A stretch of 63,395 nucleotides of DNA, filler included, from Deltaproteobacteria bacterium (GCA_030698575.1; 12 parts of 12 records of this genome joined end to end with filler, not necessarily neighbours in it), one strand, 5' to 3'. Counted from the first letter of the whole stretch, positions 21,046 to 31,453 are shown. The notes: generated by a model from the sequence alone, not told the origin. Made by a program: numbers and translations.

Positions 21046-21627
21046 GTGAAGGATATCGTCCTCCAGCGCTTTAGCGAGAGCGCCCGCGTGAAGCTGGCCT
21101 TTGCGGAGCAATCCGTTGATGCCATCATTTCGGCCGTCGAGGTGCTTGTCGAGGCCTTCCGTGCAGGCCAGAAGGTGCTTCTGTTCGGCAACGGCGGCTC
21201 GGCCTCGGATGCGCAGCACATCGCCGCCGAATTCGTGAACCGCTTCAAGATGGACCGCCCCGGCCTTCCGGCCATCGCGCTCACCACCGATACCTCCATC
21301 CTGACCAGCATCGGCAACGACTTCGATTTCAAGGAGATCTTCGCGCGCCAGGTGGCCGCCCTCGGGCGCGAGGGCGACGTGGTCATCGCGATCAGCACCA
21401 GCGGCTCCTCCCCAAACGTGATCCGCGGCGTCGAGGCGGCGAAGGAGATCCCCCTTCACGTCATCGGCTTCTCGGGGCGCGGCGGCGGGAAGCTCGCCAA
21501 GCTCTCCGACATCGCGCTCGTCGTGCCATCCGACACCACCTCCCACATCCAGGAATCGCACATCACCGCCGGACACGTGCTCTGCGAGCTGGTGGACGAG
21601 GCCCTCTTCGGTCCCCAGGCGAGATGA
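21046..21627 (+). CDS. gmhA: phosphoheptose isomerase
   Basis: [28 protein letters not shown]. Confidence 0.95.
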   Translation: MKDIVLQRFSESARVKLAFAEQSVDAIISAVEVLVEAFRAGQKVLLFGNGGSASDAQHIAAEFVNRFKMDRPGLPAIALTTDTSILTSIGNDFDFKEIFARQVAALGREGDVVIAISTSGSSPNVIRGVEAAKEIPLHVIGFSGRGGGKLAKLSDIALVVPSDTTSHIQESHITAGHVLCELVDEALFGPQAR

Positions 21628-21658
21628 CGCGCCGACCGATCCGCAGCGGGGGACAGGC

Positions 21659-21858
21659 ATGGCCCGCCTGATTGAACTCAGCATGGGCGACATCACCGAG
21701 GCCGAAGCCGACGCGATCGTGAACGCCGGCAACACCGACCTGGTGCTGGGCGCCGGGGTGGCGGGAGCCATCCGGAAGCGGGGGGGCTAGGCGATCCAGG
21801 ACGCCTGCGATCGCCTCGCGCCCATCCCGCTCGGCGAATCGGCACGGACGACCGGCGG
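21659..21858 (+). pseudogene. macro-domain (YmdB-like ADP-ribose deacylase) gene with in-frame TAG, partial
   Basis: [53 protein letters not shown] at 21788-21790. Confidence 0.7.
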
Positions 21859-21958
21859 NNNNNNNNNNNNNNNNNNNNNNNNNNNNNNNNNNNNNNNNNN
21901 NNTTAATTAATTAANNNNNNNNNNNNNNNNNNNNNNNNNNNNNNNNNNNNNNNNNNNN

Positions 21959-22078
21959 AAGCGCTTCTTCGTCATGGACAAGAAGCGGCTCGTCTGGTTC
22001 TCGCTGCGCAACCGCGGACTCAAGGTCTCGATGGAAATGGACCGCGTCCGCAAAGCCCGGAAGGCCGCCGGCGATTAG
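21959..22078 (+). CDS. C-terminal fragment of an unidentified protein
   Basis: Open frame KRFFVMDKKRLVWFSLRNRGLKVSMEMDRVRKARKAAGD* from the contig edge, convergent with the next gene. Confidence 0.45.
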   Translation, partial: KRFFVMDKKRLVWFSLRNRGLKVSMEMDRVRKARKAAGD

Positions 22079-23835
22079 GCCAGGTGCTTGGCGGCCTCCG
22101 CGGGCTTGATGTCTTCGTAGCGCGTGAGCGCGTGGTAGAGATCGAGCACGATGCGATCGTCGCGCCTGATCTCCCGGATGGCGTCCGGCGACAGGCGCTC
22201 GCGCGCAAAGAGCGCCGCCACGATCGCCTTGCGGGCCAGGCCGCGCTCCGCCAGCTCCCACGCCGCTTCGTCCAGGAGCAGCGCGCCCTGCAGCACGTCG
22301 GCGCAGAGATTCGCCAGGCGCCGGGCGCGCAGCTGAATGATCTCCTGGTCGGCCTGGGCCAGCCAGCCCAGCGCCGCCTTCACGTCCGCGAGGCCCTTCT
22401 CGACGGCCCGGCGTGGCTCCGCGAGGAGCTTGTCGGATGCGCGCCCGATCACCTCGGCGATGAACGCGAGCGCTCCTTCGTGGGCCTGCTCCTTGGCCAT
22501 CGCCCTGAGCAGATCGAGGGCCAGGATGTTCTCGGGCCCTTCCCAGATGGTGTGGCACTGCGCGTCGCGGAACTGGCGCGCAGTGGGCCAGTTCTCGATG
22601 TAGCCGTTCGCGCCGAAGACCTCGATCGCGGCTGACGCGTTCTCGATTCCCCGCCGCGTGCAGCGGATCTTCGTCAGCGGGACAAGCATCCGCAGCAGCC
22701 GGCTCTCCCTGCCTCCGGCAGCGCTCGCCTCACTCACGAGCGAAGTGCACTTGAACAGCATCGCGGCCGACGCCTCGCTCTCGACCATGATCTTGAGGAT
22801 CTCCTCGCGGACCATCGGATGATCCTCGAGCTTCTTCCCCCAGGCCACGCGCTGGGTCGCATAGATGGCCGCGTCGAGGAACGAGCGCCGACTGATGCCC
22901 GCTCCCATGGCGGCGACTCCCAGGCGCGACTCCGTCACCATCTCCATCATGCGGTTGATGCCCCGCCCGTCGAGCGCGTTCTGATCGGGCCCGGCGAGCA
23001 GGTAGCCCGTCGCATCGACGAAATCGACCTCGCCCGTGGGAACGGCCCTCGTGCCGAGCTTGTCCTTGATGCGCCGGATGTGGACGCCGTTCGGGCTCCC
23101 GTCCTCCATGAACTTCGGGAGGACGAAGAGAGCGAGGCCCTTGATCCCCTTGGGCGCGCCTTCGGGGCGGGCCAGCGTGGCGATGGCCTTGCCGTCGACG
23201 TTCGAGCTGAACCACTTGAGGCCGTCGAGACGCCAGACCTTGCCATCGAAGCGCGCGGTCGATTCGATCGCGCCCACGTCGGAGCCGCCTGTGCGCTCGG
23301 TCATGAACATCGAACCGTCGTAGGCTTCATCGAAGTCCATCGCGCTCAGCTTGGGGACGAAATGTTTCTTCGTGGCCTCATCGCCGTAGCGCTCAACGAG
23401 CCGCAGCACGCCGTTCGTCATGCCGACCGAGCAGGCCATGCCGGTCTCGGCCTGGTTCAGAAGGTACAGGTAGGCCATCATGAGGCTCTCGGGGACGGGG
23501 CGCCCGCGATCGCGCGCCTCCTGGCTCCAGGGAAGGCCGAGAAAGCCCGCCTTCCAGAGCCGCCGCTTGGTGTCGAGCGCGGCCGGATGATGGACGACCC
23601 GGTTGGTCTCCTCGCCGTGCTTGTCCCACCGGACGAGCTGCGGAGGATTCTTGTCGATGATCTCGGCGTTGGCCGCCACCACGGTCCCCATCAGCTCGCC
23701 CATGGCGTCGAGTTTCTCCTCGACCCACGCGCGGTCCTCGGGCGCGATGAAGCGGTCCATCAGGAACCGGAGGTTCGGATCGACGCGGTACCAGTTGTGG
23801 CCGACGGCCTCGTTCATCTTCTCGTAATGGGTCAT
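22075..23835 (-). CDS. acyl-CoA dehydrogenase, AidB-like
   Basis: MFMTERTGGSDV, GLKWFSS, IKDKLGTRAVPTGEV, IWEGPENI. Confidence 0.9.
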   Translation of the reverse strand: MTHYEKMNEAVGHNWYRVDPNLRFLMDRFIAPEDRAWVEEKLDAMGELMGTVVAANAEIIDKNPPQLVRWDKHGEETNRVVHHPAALDTKRRLWKAGFLGLPWSQEARDRGRPVPESLMMAYLYLLNQAETGMACSVGMTNGVLRLVERYGDEATKKHFVPKLSAMDFDEAYDGSMFMTERTGGSDVGAIESTARFDGKVWRLDGLKWFSSNVDGKAIATLARPEGAPKGIKGLALFVLPKFMEDGSPNGVHIRRIKDKLGTRAVPTGEVDFVDATGYLLAGPDQNALDGRGINRMMEMVTESRLGVAAMGAGISRRSFLDAAIYATQRVAWGKKLEDHPMVREEILKIMVESEASAAMLFKCTSLVSEASAAGGRESRLLRMLVPLTKIRCTRRGIENASAAIEVFGANGYIENWPTARQFRDAQCHTIWEGPENILALDLLRAMAKEQAHEGALAFIAEVIGRASDKLLAEPRRAVEKGLADVKAALGWLAQADQEIIQLRARRLANLCADVLQGALLLDEAAWELAERGLARKAIVAALFARERLSPDAIREIRRDDRIVLDLYHALTRYEDIKPAEAAKHLA

Positions 23836-23843
23836 GGCTTCTC

Positions 23844-24686
23844 CTAGGTTCCCGCCAGAATGGGCATGGGGGAGTGGGTTCGGGCACCGATGGCCGGCGC
23901 CGGGCGATCCCCGAGCGGGGCGCCCAGCGCGCTCTGCCAGTGCATGCGACCAATGCGATCGTACTCTGCGAAGAGATTTCTGAGATCATCGCCGCGCCAG
24001 CCCCGCGGCAGAAGTTCGCCGGGCAGGAGCGGATCCTCGAACATGACCTTGATCGCCCGCCCGCCGACGGCGAAGGTCTCGGCCAGCGCCCGCTCGGGGC
24101 TCAGGCCGCCGAGCCTCTGAAGGCTCGCCTCGAGATCGCGGCAGGCCCGGTCGATCGCCCGGGCGCGCCGGCGCAGTTCGAACAGATCCTCCGCGAGCGC
24201 GCCGTTGTCGCGCCCGTTGTGAAGCGCGCCGCGCATCCAGAGGACGTCGTTGCTGAAGCCGAACTCCTCGAGCACCTCCTCGAGGGAAAGGCCGAGGTTG
24301 TCGGGGCGGACCCAGACGCCGGGCTGGAGATTGGCGAGCTTCAGCACGCCCAGCGCCACGCGGAACCGGTCGCGGCCGGTCCGATCCCTGCCGGGCGCCC
24401 AGGCGACGATCGAGAGCCAGTCGCCCTTCCAGGGCCTGGAGCGCAGGGACTGGGCGGCCAGAATATGGCGGTTCAGGATCCGGCTCCGGGGGGAGAGTCG
24501 ATAACGCCGATCGGCGCCGGTTCCGCGGGCGTCGATGGTGCCGCCCGAGAGAAGCCGGCCGAGCGTCACGCGGAGCGTGTTTTCCTTGAGCTTGAAGACG
24601 CGCCCTGCCTCGAGGAAGCTCGCCGCGGGAAGCGGGTTCGGGTCGCTTGCGGAGAGCAGGTCGAGGATCAGGGACTTGGGCTTCAT
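23844..24686 (-). CDS. PaaX family transcriptional regulator
   Basis: ENTLRVTLGRL, GVWVRPDN, DPLLPGELLPRGWRG. Confidence 0.88.
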   Translation of the reverse strand: MKPKSLILDLLSASDPNPLPAASFLEAGRVFKLKENTLRVTLGRLLSGGTIDARGTGADRRYRLSPRSRILNRHILAAQSLRSRPWKGDWLSIVAWAPGRDRTGRDRFRVALGVLKLANLQPGVWVRPDNLGLSLEEVLEEFGFSNDVLWMRGALHNGRDNGALAEDLFELRRRARAIDRACRDLEASLQRLGGLSPERALAETFAVGGRAIKVMFEDPLLPGELLPRGWRGDDLRNLFAEYDRIGRMHWQSALGAPLGDRPAPAIGARTHSPMPILAGT

Positions 24687-24687
24687 G

Positions 24688-24723
24688 TGACAAATTATCC
24701 ACCTATCGACGATTATTTGTCAA
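24688..24723 (-). promoter_or_regulatory. promoter with inverted-repeat operator upstream of the PaaX-like gene
   Basis: Minus-strand TTGACA-18bp-GATAAT ending 7 nt before the ATG; arms TGACAAATTATC / GATTATTTGTCA (11/12 complementary). Confidence 0.65.
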
Positions 24724-24822
24724 ACACTATTATCTCTTCGGCGGCGGTCTCCCGGCCGGCCGCTCGCCGTCGCGCAAGTTGCCGGATTTCGTCGGGAATC
24801 GCGCGGGTTCGATGGAGGAAGC

Positions 24823-25149
24823 ATGAAGGGTGAAGCACCCCCCCGTCCCACGGCTATCGCGCGGCTGCCCGCGCTGCCCGGGTTGCGGGTTGAATGGAGC
24901 GACGGACACGAGAGCGTCTTCACGGGGCGGACGCTGAGGCTTCACTGCGCCTGCGCCCGGTGCGTCAACGAGTGGAGCGGGGAGAATATGCTCGACGAGG
25001 CTTCCATTCCCGGGGAGGTGGCGGCCGAGGCGATCGAGCTGGCCGGCCTCTATGGAATCCGCATCCGCTGGAGCGACGGGCACGACACCGGGATCTACAC
25101 CTATGATCGGCTTCGCGCCCTCTGCCCCTGCGACGAATGCACGAAATAA
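24823..25149 (+). CDS. DUF971 / GBBH-like N-terminal domain protein
   Basis: WSDGHES, LRLHCACARC, WSDGHDTGIYTYDRL. Confidence 0.88.
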   Translation: MKGEAPPRPTAIARLPALPGLRVEWSDGHESVFTGRTLRLHCACARCVNEWSGENMLDEASIPGEVAAEAIELAGLYGIRIRWSDGHDTGIYTYDRLRALCPCDECTK

Positions 25150-25261
25150 GTGGGACAGTCCCTCTTTTTCGGACGGCCCTTCAGCCTCGAATTGCTCGAA
25201 AAATAGGGGAAAAGCGTAAAAAAAGGGGGACTGTCCCACTTATTAAGAGGGACTGTCCCTG

Positions 25262-25263
<2 letters not shown>
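25145..25263. repeat. second REP-like cluster (3 x GGGAC[A/T]GTCCC)
   Basis: AATAAGTGGGACAGTCCCTCTTTT ... AAAAGGGGGACTGTCCCACTTATT inverted pair plus AAGAGGGACTGTCCCTGTT. Confidence 0.8.
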
Positions 25264-25452
<189 letters not shown>

Positions 25453-25552
25453 NNNNNNNNNNNNNNNNNNNNNNNNNNNNNNNNNNNNNNNNNNNNTTAA
25501 TTAATTAANNNNNNNNNNNNNNNNNNNNNNNNNNNNNNNNNNNNNNNNNNNN

Positions 25553-25767
25553 ACTGCCGGACGCTCATCTTGAACTTCTCGAGGTAGGCCTTCAGCACCG
25601 CGGGCTTTTCGTGATCGGCCAGCTCGCGCAGCCGGAACGGCTCACGCACCGACCCCCGACGGAGGACGATCTCGCCGGCGGCCGGCGCCCACCAGGAAGC
25701 CCCAGGTGCGGTTGAAGATCACCTCGACGGAGCTCGGATTGCGGAAAGGTGCGGTCGATGCGGTCAT
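25553..25767 (-). pseudogene. deazaflavin-dependent nitroreductase-like (DUF385) gene with internal deletion and frameshift
   Basis: MTASTAPFRNPSSVEVIFNRTWGFLVGAG joined out of frame to AAGEIVLRRG...EKPAVLKAYLEKF at a tandem GCCGGC. Confidence 0.6.
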
Positions 25768-25795
25768 GAAACGAGGGCTCCCTCCGGACGCGGCC

Positions 25796-26218
25796 TCAGC
25801 CGCGCTTCGACCCCTTGCGCTCGGAGACCGTCGGCGCCTTCTTGGCGACGAAGCGATGGCTCTCGACGAGTTTCAGGAGATCGAAGGTGCTCAGGATACC
25901 CACGACCTTTTTTTCGTCCGTGACGATCACGCGATGAATCTTGTGGTTCCGCATGATCCGCGCCGCGATGCTCACGTCGTCATACTTCGGAACCGTGTAA
26001 ACCTTCCCCGTCATGATCGTGCTCACGTGCGAATTGCCATTTAGATCGTGGACTATATCGGTCAGCGAAACGATCCCCACGGGCGCCCCCTCGTGATCGA
26101 CAACCGGAACGGCGCCGACCTTGTTGCGCTCGAGCATCCTGCGCACGTGATCGATATTCCTGTGGGGCTCCGTCGTCACAACGGATTTCGTCATCAGCTC
26201 ATGAACCTTGACGTTCAT
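25796..26218 (-). CDS. CBS-domain protein
   Basis: Two CBS repeats (VGAVPVVD..GIVSLTDI; IHRVIV..GILSTFDL). Confidence 0.9.
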   Translation of the reverse strand: MNVKVHELMTKSVVTTEPHRNIDHVRRMLERNKVGAVPVVDHEGAPVGIVSLTDIVHDLNGNSHVSTIMTGKVYTVPKYDDVSIAARIMRNHKIHRVIVTDEKKVVGILSTFDLLKLVESHRFVAKKAPTVSERKGSKRG

Positions 26219-26282
26219 TCATCCTCCGTTACAGTTTCCCGGTCGCCCCATTTCCGTTGCACTGTCTTCAGGACGCTTCTCA

Positions 26283-26681
26283 TCACCTCGGCTTCAACGC
26301 CGCCAGTAGTTCGCTCCGGTCGAAGTAAACCTCGGTGCAATAGATCAGCCCGTCTCGCAGCTGCACGGTGCAGACGCCGTCGACATCGATCGTTCGGTCC
26401 GCCACCGGGATCGAGGCATGCCACTTGTTTAAAATTCCGTCCTCGATCGGGATCGAGCCCCGGTGGGTCCAGACCCAGCACGGGTTTCGCGCGAGGAGCT
26501 TCGAGAAGTACCCGAGCAGGGCCTCCCGGCCCCGGACCCCGCCGGGGATGGCAGGGTCCGCGTAGAACGCATCGACGCTGTAGAACGAAACGAGAAGCCC
26601 GGGATCGTTCCCGGTCCAGGCGGGAAGCCACCTGGCCGCGAAAGCGCGGGCTTCATCCGCGTTCAGGCCTGAAAACGACAT
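26283..26681 (-). CDS. SnoaL-like / NTF2 family protein
   Basis: WLPAWTGNDP..FYSVDAFYADP..GVRGREAL..EVYFD. Confidence 0.85.
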   Translation of the reverse strand: MSFSGLNADEARAFAARWLPAWTGNDPGLLVSFYSVDAFYADPAIPGGVRGREALLGYFSKLLARNPCWVWTHRGSIPIEDGILNKWHASIPVADRTIDVDGVCTVQLRDGLIYCTEVYFDRSELLAALKPR

Positions 26682-26711
26682 GGGCTACTCGTTCATCCAC
26701 CGGAACTCGAT

Positions 26712-27056
26712 CTATCTCTGTGCACCAAACTCGCTGATATTCATTGCGAAGCCCTTGCCATCCGTCACCAGGCGTCGGTTCCGATCGTCGAGCCGGTAGC
26801 GGATATCCTCGACGGCGACGTCCTTTGGCAGCACGTTGACTATGAGGTTCGCATCCAGGAGGGAGAAGATTCGCGTTCGCGTCTCCTCCCTGCGCGTGAA
26901 ATCGTTGCTACCCTCATCGTAAACGAAGGCAAAGCCCCGCGCCCGTATGAGGATATCCGTACAGGCCTCGACCTCACCGATGAAATGGCGGCGAAGATCA
27001 TTTTCGAAGAGCCGCCGGGTGATGACGTGAATTTTCTCGCCAGCTGTCAAAGTCAT
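26712..27056 (-). CDS. hypothetical protein
   Basis: Clean ORF with GAGG upstream; GEKIHVITRRLFENDLRRHFIGEV. Confidence 0.7.
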   Translation of the reverse strand: MTLTAGEKIHVITRRLFENDLRRHFIGEVEACTDILIRARGFAFVYDEGSNDFTRREETRTRIFSLLDANLIVNVLPKDVAVEDIRYRLDDRNRRLVTDGKGFAMNISEFGAQR

Positions 27057-27263
27057 AACCGTTTACCTCTGCCCGGGACCTCTGATCGAGGCGATCTCCC
27101 GGGGGGTTTGGCCCCGCGTCAAGCTCCGCCGGAGCTGCTGAAACCAGGCTGCCTCCAATCTGGAGACAGCCGCCCTGTTAGCCAGAGGCTACATAGTTCG
27201 GGCAGCGCGAACAAGGGCCGGCGCCCCTCTCCGGGCCTCCGGCCCAGACGGACAAGGCAGGGC

Positions 27264-27425
27264 TCAATCGCCCCCGGCGCGGGGCCACCAGGACTCGTGG
27301 GCCAGCGGGTCTTCCGCGAAGTCGGCGCCGACGAGCACGTCGCGCCAATCCGTCTGCGCCAGGGCGATGGCATCAACCAGCTTCGCCAGGTTACGCCACT
27401 TCCTCTGGCCTCCCTTCCAGTTCAC
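27264..27425 (-). pseudogene. short ORF or remnant of a conserved hypothetical gene
   Basis: 53 aa containing LAKLVDAIALAQTDWRDVLVGADFAEDPLAHESWWP. Confidence 0.4.
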
Positions 27426-27436
27426 CGATCGCCTTT

Positions 27437-28070
27437 CTAACGGCCCGCGCTCTGGCCCGCGAAGAAGTCCGCCAGCAGCCGCCCGATCTCATCGGGGCGC
27501 TCCTCCTGCAGGAAATGCCCGCAATCTGGCAGCGCCGTGACCTCGGCCTGCGGCAGATCGCCGGCTACGCGGCACATCGTCTTTCCGACGTCGGGCAGAA
27601 TTCGATCCCGCTCGCCGTAAATGACCCGTACCGGCACCTTGAGCGAAGGGAGGCCCGCGGCGATCTCCACAAAGCCTTTGGGGTGCAGGCCCGTGCCCGC
27701 CTTGACGAGCGCCCGGCGGGCGTCCACCGACACGAAAGGCGCCTGGACGCCGGCGATCGTTTCGTCCGTCAGCAGATCCGGCTGGGTGACCCCGAATCGG
27801 ATCGCAAAGCGGAGCCCGGCCGGGCTCGCGATCCAGCTGCGCACCCCCGGCAGGCGGCAGGCCAGGCCAAACACGATGACGGCCCAGGAGAATTCCGGAT
27901 AGACCAGCGTGTTGAGCAGCGCGAGCTTCCGGAGGCGCTCGGGGTGCTTGCAGGCCCAGTACAGCCCGATCGGCCCGCCGAGATCGTGCACGGCCAGGCC
28001 GGTTGCGTCGATCTTCAGCGCGTCGAGAAAGCCCTGGAGAATGCGATCGTAGAACGGAAAGCTGTAGGAG
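27437..28070 (-). CDS. alpha/beta hydrolase, haloalkane dehalogenase/epoxide hydrolase-like, 5'-partial
   Basis: VHDLGG (Asp nucleophile), IYGERD, GHFLQEE. Confidence 0.85.
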
Positions 28071-28170
28071 NNNNNNNNNNNNNNNNNNNNNNNNNNNNNN
28101 NNNNNNNNNNNNNNTTAATTAATTAANNNNNNNNNNNNNNNNNNNNNNNNNNNNNNNNNNNNNNNNNNNN

Positions 28171-29331
28171 CAGAAGCACGTCCTGGCTCGAAAGCGCCAT
28201 CGCCCGCTTGAGGACGTTCTCCAGCTCCCGCACGTTTCCGGGCCAGGACCACTGCTTCAGTACGGCCATCGCGTCTTCTGACAGAAACTTTTCGCCCAGG
28301 CCCGTCTCTCCCTGGAACCGCCTGACGAAGTAGTCGGCGAGGATCGGGATGTCCTCCCGCCGGTCACGCAGCGGAAGAATCTCGAGGGACACCACGTTCA
28401 ACCGGTAGAACAGATCGGAGCGGAACCGCTTCTCCTGGACCGCCTGATCCAGCCGGAGATTCGTGGCGGCGACGATGCGCACGTTCGCCTTCCTTGGCCG
28501 CGTCGACCCGAGGGAATCGTATTCGCCTTCCTGCAGCACGCGAAGCAGCTTGGCTTGCAGATCGCCCGTCATCTCGCCGATCTCGTCGAGGAAGAGCGTC
28601 CCTCCCTCGGCCTGCTCGAACTTGCCCGCGTGCCGCTGATGGGCGCCGGTAAAGGCCCCTCGCTCGAAGCCGAACAGCTCGCTCTCCATGAGAGTGGCCG
28701 GGATTGCCGAAGCGTTCACGGTGACGAAGGGGAAGGCATGGCGGCGGCTCGCCCGGTGAAGCGCGCGGGCGACCAGCTCCTTGCCCGTTCCGCTCTCCCC
28801 CTGGATGAGCACCGTCACGTCCGTCTTGCTCAGCCGCCCGATCGTCTTGCAGATTTCCTGCATGGCCGGGCTCTGGCCGATGATCGTTCGCTCTTCCGGG
28901 AGCGGCTCTCCGCCGCGCCGATCAACCATTCTGGCGGCCTTGGCCATGGCCCGCGCCTCCAGGGCCTTGCGGGTCTTCTGCACAACGTCGTCGAGGTTGA
29001 ATGGCTTGGTCAGGTACTCGTAAGCGCCCCGGCTCATCGCCTCGATCGCGTTCTGCATCGTCGCCTGCGCCGTGATGATGATTACCGAGGTGTCGCAGCC
29101 AAGCTCGGCAAGGCGATTGAGGATGTCGAGGCCCGTCATCCCGGGCATCTTGATGTCGACGAAGGCGACGGGATAAGCGCCGGACTGCAGGCGTACCAGG
29201 GCGGCGTCGCCGTCCTCGGCGAGATCCACGGTGAAACCCTCCGCCTCGAGGGCGTTCTTCAGAACAAAGCGAATGGGCTGCTCGTCGTCGGCGACCAGCA
29301 CGCGCGCCTGCCTTACATCGGGCCCTGTCAT
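28171..29331 (-). CDS. ntrC: sigma54-dependent response regulator NtrC-like, 3'-partial
   Basis: REC domain, [24 protein letters not shown]; dusB-ntrB-ntrC synteny. Confidence 0.88.
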
Positions 29332-30431
29332 TCCGACTCCTCCGCCGGGAGAAGCACGCTCACCCGAGTCCCCTTCCCGTAGATGCTCGATATCTTGATA
29401 GCGCCGCCGTGATCCTCGACCAGCTTGTGCGAAACGGCGAGGCCCAGCCCGCTGCCTCTCGCCTTGGTCGTGAAGTAGGGGGTGAACAACTTGTCGAGAT
29501 CCGCGGCCCGGATCCCCGGCCCGTCGTCCTCGATCTCGACGGCGATCATCGGCTGCGGCGAATGATCCGCCCGCCCCGGGTGGGTGTTGAGATCAAAGCG
29601 GGACTGAAGCCTGACCCTTCCGGCCCCCGGATGCTCGCGCACGGCGTCGAGGGCGTTTCTTATGAGATTGAGGAACACCTGCGTGAGCCGCTCCTCATCG
29701 CCTCGCACCGGCGGCAAGCTCGGATCGAAACCCAGATCGAACCGAACCTCCTCGGCCTCGGTTTCGGCGCGCAGCAGCTGCACAAGATCGTTTAGCACCT
29801 TGTTCACGTTGACCCGGCCGATGCGCAGCTTCTTGGGCGAACCGAGGTCGAGGAGATCCTCGATTAACCGGTCGATGCGATCGACTTGCTGAATGACAAG
29901 ATCGGCGCACTCGAGGAGCGTGCCGCCTTCGGTTTTCCCGGCCTCGAGAGCGTTGCGGAGGATCTGTGCGGCGCCGCGGATGCCGCCAAGCGGATTCTTG
30001 ACCTCGTGGGCGATACCCGCGGCCATGGTGCCGAGCAGGGCCAGGCCATCGGAGTGGCGGGCGCGCTCCTCGAGTTCGCGAATGACTGTCATGTCCTTGA
30101 ATACCGCGGCCACGCCGAGGCGCTCTCCGGCGGCGTCGGTGACGGGCGAGCAGGTCAGGCTTACGTAGCGCGTGGTGCCGTCGCGCAGATGCAGCGGGGC
30201 TTCGTGGCTGAGGCTCGACTGCCCGGAATCGAGGGTTCGGGACATCTGATCGGCCAGATGCGGGTTCGTTCTGAAAACATCGGCGATGGGGCGGCCGATG
30301 GTGCCCTGCCGGCTGAGCCGGGTGGTCCGCTCTGCGGCGTGATTGAACACCCGTACCCGCAGATCGCGGTCGAGGACGATGATCCCGTCCTCCACGCACT
30401 CCAGAATGTGGTCATTCAGTTTGCTGGCCAT
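29328..30431 (-). CDS. ntrB: PAS sensor histidine kinase NtrB-like
   Basis: PAS, AHEVKNPLGGIRGAAQ, FDPSLP, GSGLGL. Confidence 0.88.
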   Translation of the reverse strand: MASKLNDHILECVEDGIIVLDRDLRVRVFNHAAERTTRLSRQGTIGRPIADVFRTNPHLADQMSRTLDSGQSSLSHEAPLHLRDGTTRYVSLTCSPVTDAAGERLGVAAVFKDMTVIRELEERARHSDGLALLGTMAAGIAHEVKNPLGGIRGAAQILRNALEAGKTEGGTLLECADLVIQQVDRIDRLIEDLLDLGSPKKLRIGRVNVNKVLNDLVQLLRAETEAEEVRFDLGFDPSLPPVRGDEERLTQVFLNLIRNALDAVREHPGAGRVRLQSRFDLNTHPGRADHSPQPMIAVEIEDDGPGIRAADLDKLFTPYFTTKARGSGLGLAVSHKLVEDHGGAIKISSIYGKGTRVSVLLPAEESE

Positions 30432-30439
30432 GCTGTCCC

Positions 30440-31453
30440 TCAGGAGGGCCCCCAGGCCGCGCGCCCAACGTGAAGCCGGTCGAAGAACTTCTCGATGATT
30501 TCCACGACTTCCGCCCGGGTCTCGATCTGGTTGATGGCGTCCCTGAAGAGAGCACCGCCGGGCAGCCCCTTGGTGTACCAGGCGAAATGCTTTCGCATGA
30601 CCCTGACCGCCGCCACCTCGTTTCCGGTGAAGTCGATGAGCGCGTCGAGGTGGCGCAGCATCAGCGCGCGGCGTTCCCCGGGGGGAGGCCCGGCGGGATC
30701 GTAACTTCCCTTTTCGAGGAAGTCCCGCACCTGTGAGAAGATCCACGGGTTTCCGAGGGCGCCACGCCCGATCATCACGCCGGCGCAGCCCGTCTCTTCC
30801 AGGAGCTGCAGGGCTTTCTCGGGGCTCGTGATGTCGCCGTTGCCGATGACCGGGATCCGGACGCGCCTGACCACTTCCGCCGTAACCCGCCAGTCGGCGC
30901 GCCCGGTGTAGGCCTGGGCGCGGGTGCGGGGATGAATGCTGATGGCATCCGCGCCGCAGTCCTCGGCGATGTGTGCGATCTCCGGCGCGTTGATGCTTGC
31001 GGCGTCCCAGCCGCTTCGCATCTTGACGGTCAGCGGGATTCGAATGCGGCTGCGCACGGCGGTGACGATCCTGCGGATCTTGTCCGGCTCGCGCATGAGA
31101 ACCGCCCCCGCGAAGGAACGCACGAACTTCGAAACGGGGCAGCCGAAGTTGATGTCGAGGATGTCGATGCCCTTCGCTTCCAGGAGGCTGGCCGCCTCGG
31201 CGAGAATTTCAGGATCGCAGCCGAAAATCTGGGCCGCCATCGGCCCCTCCTCGTGCGTGCGCGAAGCCATCTTGTGGGTCTTCTCGCCGCCCTCGACAAT
31301 CCCACGCGCGCTCAAGGTTTCCGAACAGACCAGCCCTACACCCTGCTCCTTCGCAAGCAGGCGGAAGGGGAGGTTCGTCACACCCGCCATGGGGGCCAGC
31401 ACGACGGGGCGCGCGAGCGTGACGGGGCCTATCCGGAGAGGGGCCAGTTGCAC
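30440..31453 (-). CDS. dusB: tRNA-dihydrouridine synthase B
   Basis: LAPMAGVT, DINFGCP, GNGDI, MIGRGALGNPW. Confidence 0.93.
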   Translation of the reverse strand: MQLAPLRIGPVTLARPVVLAPMAGVTNLPFRLLAKEQGVGLVCSETLSARGIVEGGEKTHKMASRTHEEGPMAAQIFGCDPEILAEAASLLEAKGIDILDINFGCPVSKFVRSFAGAVLMREPDKIRRIVTAVRSRIRIPLTVKMRSGWDAASINAPEIAHIAEDCGADAISIHPRTRAQAYTGRADWRVTAEVVRRVRIPVIGNGDITSPEKALQLLEETGCAGVMIGRGALGNPWIFSQVRDFLEKGSYDPAGPPPGERRALMLRHLDALIDFTGNEVAAVRVMRKHFAWYTKGLPGGALFRDAINQIETRAEVVEIIEKFFDRLHVGRAAWGPS

